Below are positions 60,449-64,000 of a DNA stretch of 64,000 nt, piece by piece. The stretch comes from an uncultured Candidatus Saccharibacteria bacterium (lineage in GTDB: Bacteria > Patescibacteriota > Dojkabacteria > SC72): the NCBI GenBank assembly GCA_964403155.1, contig CAYOEG010000001.1:21550-85549 (forward strand), read 5' to 3'. Below the pieces are notes generated by a model that saw only the letters and a program-made list of their open reading frames with translations, was not told where the DNA came from and did not search any database. Positions within the stretch are counted from its first letter, which is position 1; each line of letters starts with the position of its first letter. The translations under genes and the position numbers were made by a program.

Positions 60449-61213
60449 ATGATGAAACTATCCTTAATAGTTCCAACATACAAAAAAGAAGACATCGTCC
60501 TGGATCAGTTAGAAAGATTGTACGGATATCTTTCTAGAAAGAATCCAGATTTCGAACTCATCTTTGTAATTGATGGGTATGTTGATAATACTAAGGATAT
60601 TCTTAATACATATATTAATCAGAATAGATTACAGAAGGTTAAGGTTGTAGGTTACAACAAGAATAGAGGTAAGGGGTTTGCTATTAGATATGGTATGAAG
60701 AGAGCTACCGGGGATGTCATCGGTTTTACAGATGCAGATATGGATATCCAGATCAGAACATTGGGCTATGCATTAAACCAAATTAAGAGGGATGGCATTC
60801 ATGTAGTTATACCTTCTAAATTTCATATTGATTCTAATGTTGTAATGTCTCCTAAGAGAGTATTACTTTCTAATGGGTTAATATTCTTGAATAAGATGTT
60901 GCTTACTTTCCCAGAAAATATTTCTGATATTGGTTGTGGCTTAAAACTTTTTAAAAGAGAAGTTGTTAAGAGTATATTACCTAACTTACATGTAGATAGG
61001 TTTGCTATTGACTCTGAGATATTAAATGAAATTGGTAAGTTTGGATATATAGTTGTAGAAATTCCTTTCTTCTTAAACAAGAGTAGAAGTGATAGTACTT
61101 CTACAAATATTAAACAGATTGTTTTAATGGTTAGAGATATTGTTGGTATCTCTTTGAGAAACAGGTACTTGTTTGGTTCTATATATAGATTGTTAAAGAA
61201 GTCGGAGATCTAA
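60449..61213 (+). CDS. family 2 glycosyltransferase (polyprenyl-phosphate sugar transferase-like)
   Basis: LIVPTYKKEDIV and the DxD motif (FTDADMD). Confidence 0.75.
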   Translation: MMKLSLIVPTYKKEDIVLDQLERLYGYLSRKNPDFELIFVIDGYVDNTKDILNTYINQNRLQKVKVVGYNKNRGKGFAIRYGMKRATGDVIGFTDADMDIQIRTLGYALNQIKRDGIHVVIPSKFHIDSNVVMSPKRVLLSNGLIFLNKMLLTFPENISDIGCGLKLFKREVVKSILPNLHVDRFAIDSEILNEIGKFGYIVVEIPFFLNKSRSDSTSTNIKQIVLMVRDIVGISLRNRYLFGSIYRLLKKSEI

Positions 61214-61672
61214 ACCGATAGAATGCCTATACTAATATATAGGTATTCGTTGCTCTTTAAATACATAAATGCGGGAGAGGAGTAGGGGATATTTACAAAA
61301 ATACCAACCTATAGTATAATGTATACATAGTTAAAGACTGCTCTTTAATAAGTAAAAATATTTTCCCACAAGAAATGTGTGCGTATAAGAATTCATAGAT
61401 AGAGATGTTTATCTTTAGTATGAGTTCTTATTTATAAGTACTCAGAACTTTAAAAATGTTTGACTATATGTCAAACAAAAAGCACGATGTGGATTAATAA
61501 TATATATCTTTGTATATATGTTATTAGAGAGAATAGTGTGATTCATTTTATTATCCTTATTCCTTACTTCTCGCATTAATTACATAAACAATATTTTGTG
61601 TGATTGATGTGGGAAGTGGAGGAGACTCGTTCGATTAATCAAAAATTATTCAGAAAGATATAGGAGAAAAAA

Positions 61673-62401
61673 ATGAATACAAAGAAAGCAAGTTTCTGGT
61701 CGGTTATGGGGATAATTTTCGTATCCCTGATTGGGGTTGCAATGCTGGTAGTGATCTACGGTGGAATGTACTTATGGTTGTCAGGAAAAACACTTTCAAG
61801 TGTTATTCCTACAGGCATTAAGACTGTATCTGCTGAAACACTCGAAGCAGCGGCAATCGAAAACATCGGAGAATCAAACGGTTGGGTATCTTTGCCTCTT
61901 ACGGGTGAAGTCCCTGCCACAGATGATCTTGTTCCTGACTTTCCAGCGTCAGTTACATATACGATGGTTCTGAAATTTTCAGATACCTCGGAGGAGACAT
62001 TGGTAATGGGAACAGACTTCGACCTTGAAGACAGACAAGAACTCTGGGACCGAATCAAATTGATCGGCCTGGACGATGTTGTTGTCACAAGCGATTCAAA
62101 CCTGCTGTGGTTCTATAATGGCTACGTGGCTACACTTCCCGCCGGAGAGAATTCTCTCGGTGAGATCTGGAGAGTCGCGATGTCGAACGACCCACTATAT
62201 GATGCCGGATTCTCAATCAGAACTCTTGCAAATGGTTGTTCTGCAACCGCTAGCAAGGGTGATTGGGGTTCTCAGGCTCAAACAGCTGTCTCGAAAGAGG
62301 TTTCAGATTGGCTCTTCGCCAACTGTGCTCAATCTGAGATGGATGAATGGTTAGCTATTCGACAAGAACTTTCCATGCCGGAAAATACTTGGACGAAATA
62401 G
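61673..62401 (+). CDS. hypothetical membrane-anchored exported protein, compositionally atypical (higher GC)
   Basis: N-terminal TM helix. Its GC is visibly higher (roughly 45%) and its codon choices differ (GCC, CTG, CGA, TCG) from the surrounding ~32% GC genes. RBS AGGAGAAAAAAATG. Confidence 0.55.
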   Translation: MNTKKASFWSVMGIIFVSLIGVAMLVVIYGGMYLWLSGKTLSSVIPTGIKTVSAETLEAAAIENIGESNGWVSLPLTGEVPATDDLVPDFPASVTYTMVLKFSDTSEETLVMGTDFDLEDRQELWDRIKLIGLDDVVVTSDSNLLWFYNGYVATLPAGENSLGEIWRVAMSNDPLYDAGFSIRTLANGCSATASKGDWGSQAQTAVSKEVSDWLFANCAQSEMDEWLAIRQELSMPENTWTK

Positions 62402-62536
62402 CCCAAAATGAAAACCACACGAACCGAGTTGACTAATAAGTCTCCTCCTCTCTCCCACATCGTGCTTGGTTTTCTTTTAAATATATAAAAATATATATCT
62501 AGAAGAGAACTATTAAAATTGAATATACTAAGTAAA

Positions 62537-62563
62537 AGAGTAGGGTAAAACCTACTCTTTTTT
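62537..62563. terminator. bidirectional intrinsic terminator between convergent genes
   Basis: AGAGTAGG-gtaaaa-CCTACTCT hairpin, flanked by an A-run and a T-run. Confidence 0.7.
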
Positions 62564-62564
62564 G

Positions 62565-63401
62565 TTATTTAAACAACCTCCTTACAACTTCAAACACCCC
62601 CATGAACATCTTCGGAGGTAAAATACTAAGAGAATATACACCAACTGTCTCAACCTTCCATTTAACATATTGTCCAACAGTAGGTTTAATATTTAACTCC
62701 TTCATAGCCCACTTCCTAACCTCATTAGTCCTCTTAAAATGATCAACCATCTTAGATTGGGATTGAGTATCAAAAGTCATACGATACTTAAGAATAGTAT
62801 CGGGCATATTATGGAATTCTCCCTTCTGGCTAAGTAAAAAGAAAAACTTAACATCTTCAACCTTCCACATATTCTCTGGATACAAACCCACAGATTCAAC
62901 AGCAGATATTCTTAATGTAACAGCTGGATGAGCAAATGGTTGAAAAAGAAACATGTTTTTCTTAATATCCTTATCTTCAATAGCATATTCTCTATGCCCA
63001 GTAATTCTGCTTTCTGCATCTATGATATCTATCTGACCACCAACAGCCACACAGTTCTGGTTGTTATTTAAATATTCCACCTGTTTTTCCAATCGAGTAG
63101 GGTACATAACATCATCTGCGTCCATACGTGCAATATATTCTCCTTTTGATTGCCTAATCCCTATATTGATTACATTCCCTAATCCATTTTGTTTAGAAAC
63201 AGATATTATCTGAATACGATTATCTTTCTTCTCATATTCCTTAAGAACATCTAATGTCCCATCCTTGCTATCGTCATTCACAATTATTATTTCAATATTC
63301 TGATATGTCTGATCTACACAGCTATCTAAAGCTTCCCTTATATACTTTTCTCCATTGTGTACTGGTATTACTATGGATACTAATGGTCTATTGTCTGACA
63401 T
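62565..63401 (-). CDS. family 2 glycosyltransferase
   Basis: VSIVIPVHNGEKYIREALDSCVDQTY, IIIVNDDSKDGT and a DxD motif (RMDADD). Confidence 0.8.
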   Translation of the reverse strand: MSDNRPLVSIVIPVHNGEKYIREALDSCVDQTYQNIEIIIVNDDSKDGTLDVLKEYEKKDNRIQIISVSKQNGLGNVINIGIRQSKGEYIARMDADDVMYPTRLEKQVEYLNNNQNCVAVGGQIDIIDAESRITGHREYAIEDKDIKKNMFLFQPFAHPAVTLRISAVESVGLYPENMWKVEDVKFFFLLSQKGEFHNMPDTILKYRMTFDTQSQSKMVDHFKRTNEVRKWAMKELNIKPTVGQYVKWKVETVGVYSLSILPPKMFMGVFEVVRRLFK

Positions 63402-64000
63402 ATCTTTTATATTTAAAGATTTTAATTAATATTAGTACAAATTCCAACACTAAAAGTATATACCCTATGTACCCCAAAAGGTTAGGCCAATAGAGAATAT
63501 GTATATTATTAAATTCCACATTAGAGAGATCCCAACCTTGCTTCCATCCGTTAATAGTTACTTTGTTTTTAAGTATTTCTAACTTATCTGTAACAGCTAA
63601 CCAACCACTATCTTCCGCCTGTGGTATGGTAAGAATCGTTCCTTCATTATTACCCATCTTATATATATTTGCTTTGTAATATGTAGAATATATTGGAGAA
63701 CCAATTACAGTTGCCTTAAGTTCAGAAATCTTTCCCGTCTTAGATCCATTATATTGTATGTTCAACCAAGCATCTGGGATATTCATAACTACAAAGTGTT
63801 TAAGGACATTAATTGTATCGGTAGCATAGCTTGTACTATTGTACGATGCATCCAGATTTGCGTAGCCAGATGATGATCTGAATAATCTTGAAACTATACT
63901 AGATTTGTCATCATAGAAGATATCGTCAATCCAACATTTATCATCCCCTTGATATGTTAAACATACTGAAGCCGGGATATTCGAGAGATTCTCTCCCTGC
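63388..64000 (-). CDS. hypothetical protein with C-terminal TM (5' end beyond window)
   Basis: The reading frame stays open from 63786 to the window edge. C-terminal hydrophobic helix (LLGYIGYILLVLEFVLILI). Confidence 0.4.
   Translation of the reverse strand, partial: QGENLSNIPASVCLTYQGDDKCWIDDIFYDDKSSIVSRLFRSSSGYANLDASYNSTSYATDTINVLKHFVVMNIPDAWLNIQYNGSKTGKISELKATVIGSPIYSTYYKANIYKMGNNEGTILTIPQAEDSGWLAVTDKLEILKNKVTINGWKQGWDLSNVEFNNIHILYWPNLLGYIGYILLVLEFVLILIKIFKYKRYVRQ

Overview
This is an AT-rich (roughly one-third GC by eye), gene-dense bacterial chromosomal segment. Almost every long ORF I can name is a housekeeping gene. The gene content and style (many surface proteins with tripartite C-terminal tails, two sortases, a complete type IV pilus locus, trimmed enzymes such as a ThrRS without the TGS domain and a short trigger factor, and a minimal delta'-like clamp-loader subunit) suggest a small-genome, Gram-positive-like or Patescibacteria/CPR-type organism. 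That lineage call is inference only. Recognisable core genes, in order:
- recG 3' end, a SpoU methyltransferase, RsmD, then thrS-infC-rpmI-rplT-pheS-pheT.
- A class A PBP, hisS, mutS, a PEP-synthase-like protein, an AI-2E transporter, and tig-clpP.
- tRNA-Val(GAC), an ABC exporter, a dus/ASCH/pentapeptide block, and a membrane-anchored ClpC-like ATPase.
- rpmF-nusB-rnc-rpsP-KH, then a complete type IV pilus locus: pilO/pilN/pilM, a CheY-like regulator, four minor pilins, pilD, a major pilin with its own terminator, pilC, pilT and pilB.
- A holB-like gene, gyrB, gyrA, VanY, a second sortase and two GT2 glycosyltransferases.
Accessory or odd content:
- A 928-aa cysteine-rich surface protein with six tandem repeats of about 350 bp.
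- Two sortases, each with a candidate substrate beside it.
- A small block of hypotheticals (one DUF3800-like) next to a perfect 14-bp palindrome and a candidate small RNA.
- A PEP-utilising enzyme whose catalytic His is replaced by Asp.
- A duplicated clpP 3' end flanking an inserted ORF, immediately upstream of tRNA-Val.
- One ORF with clearly higher GC than its neighbours.
No CRISPR array, transposase or rRNA gene was seen.
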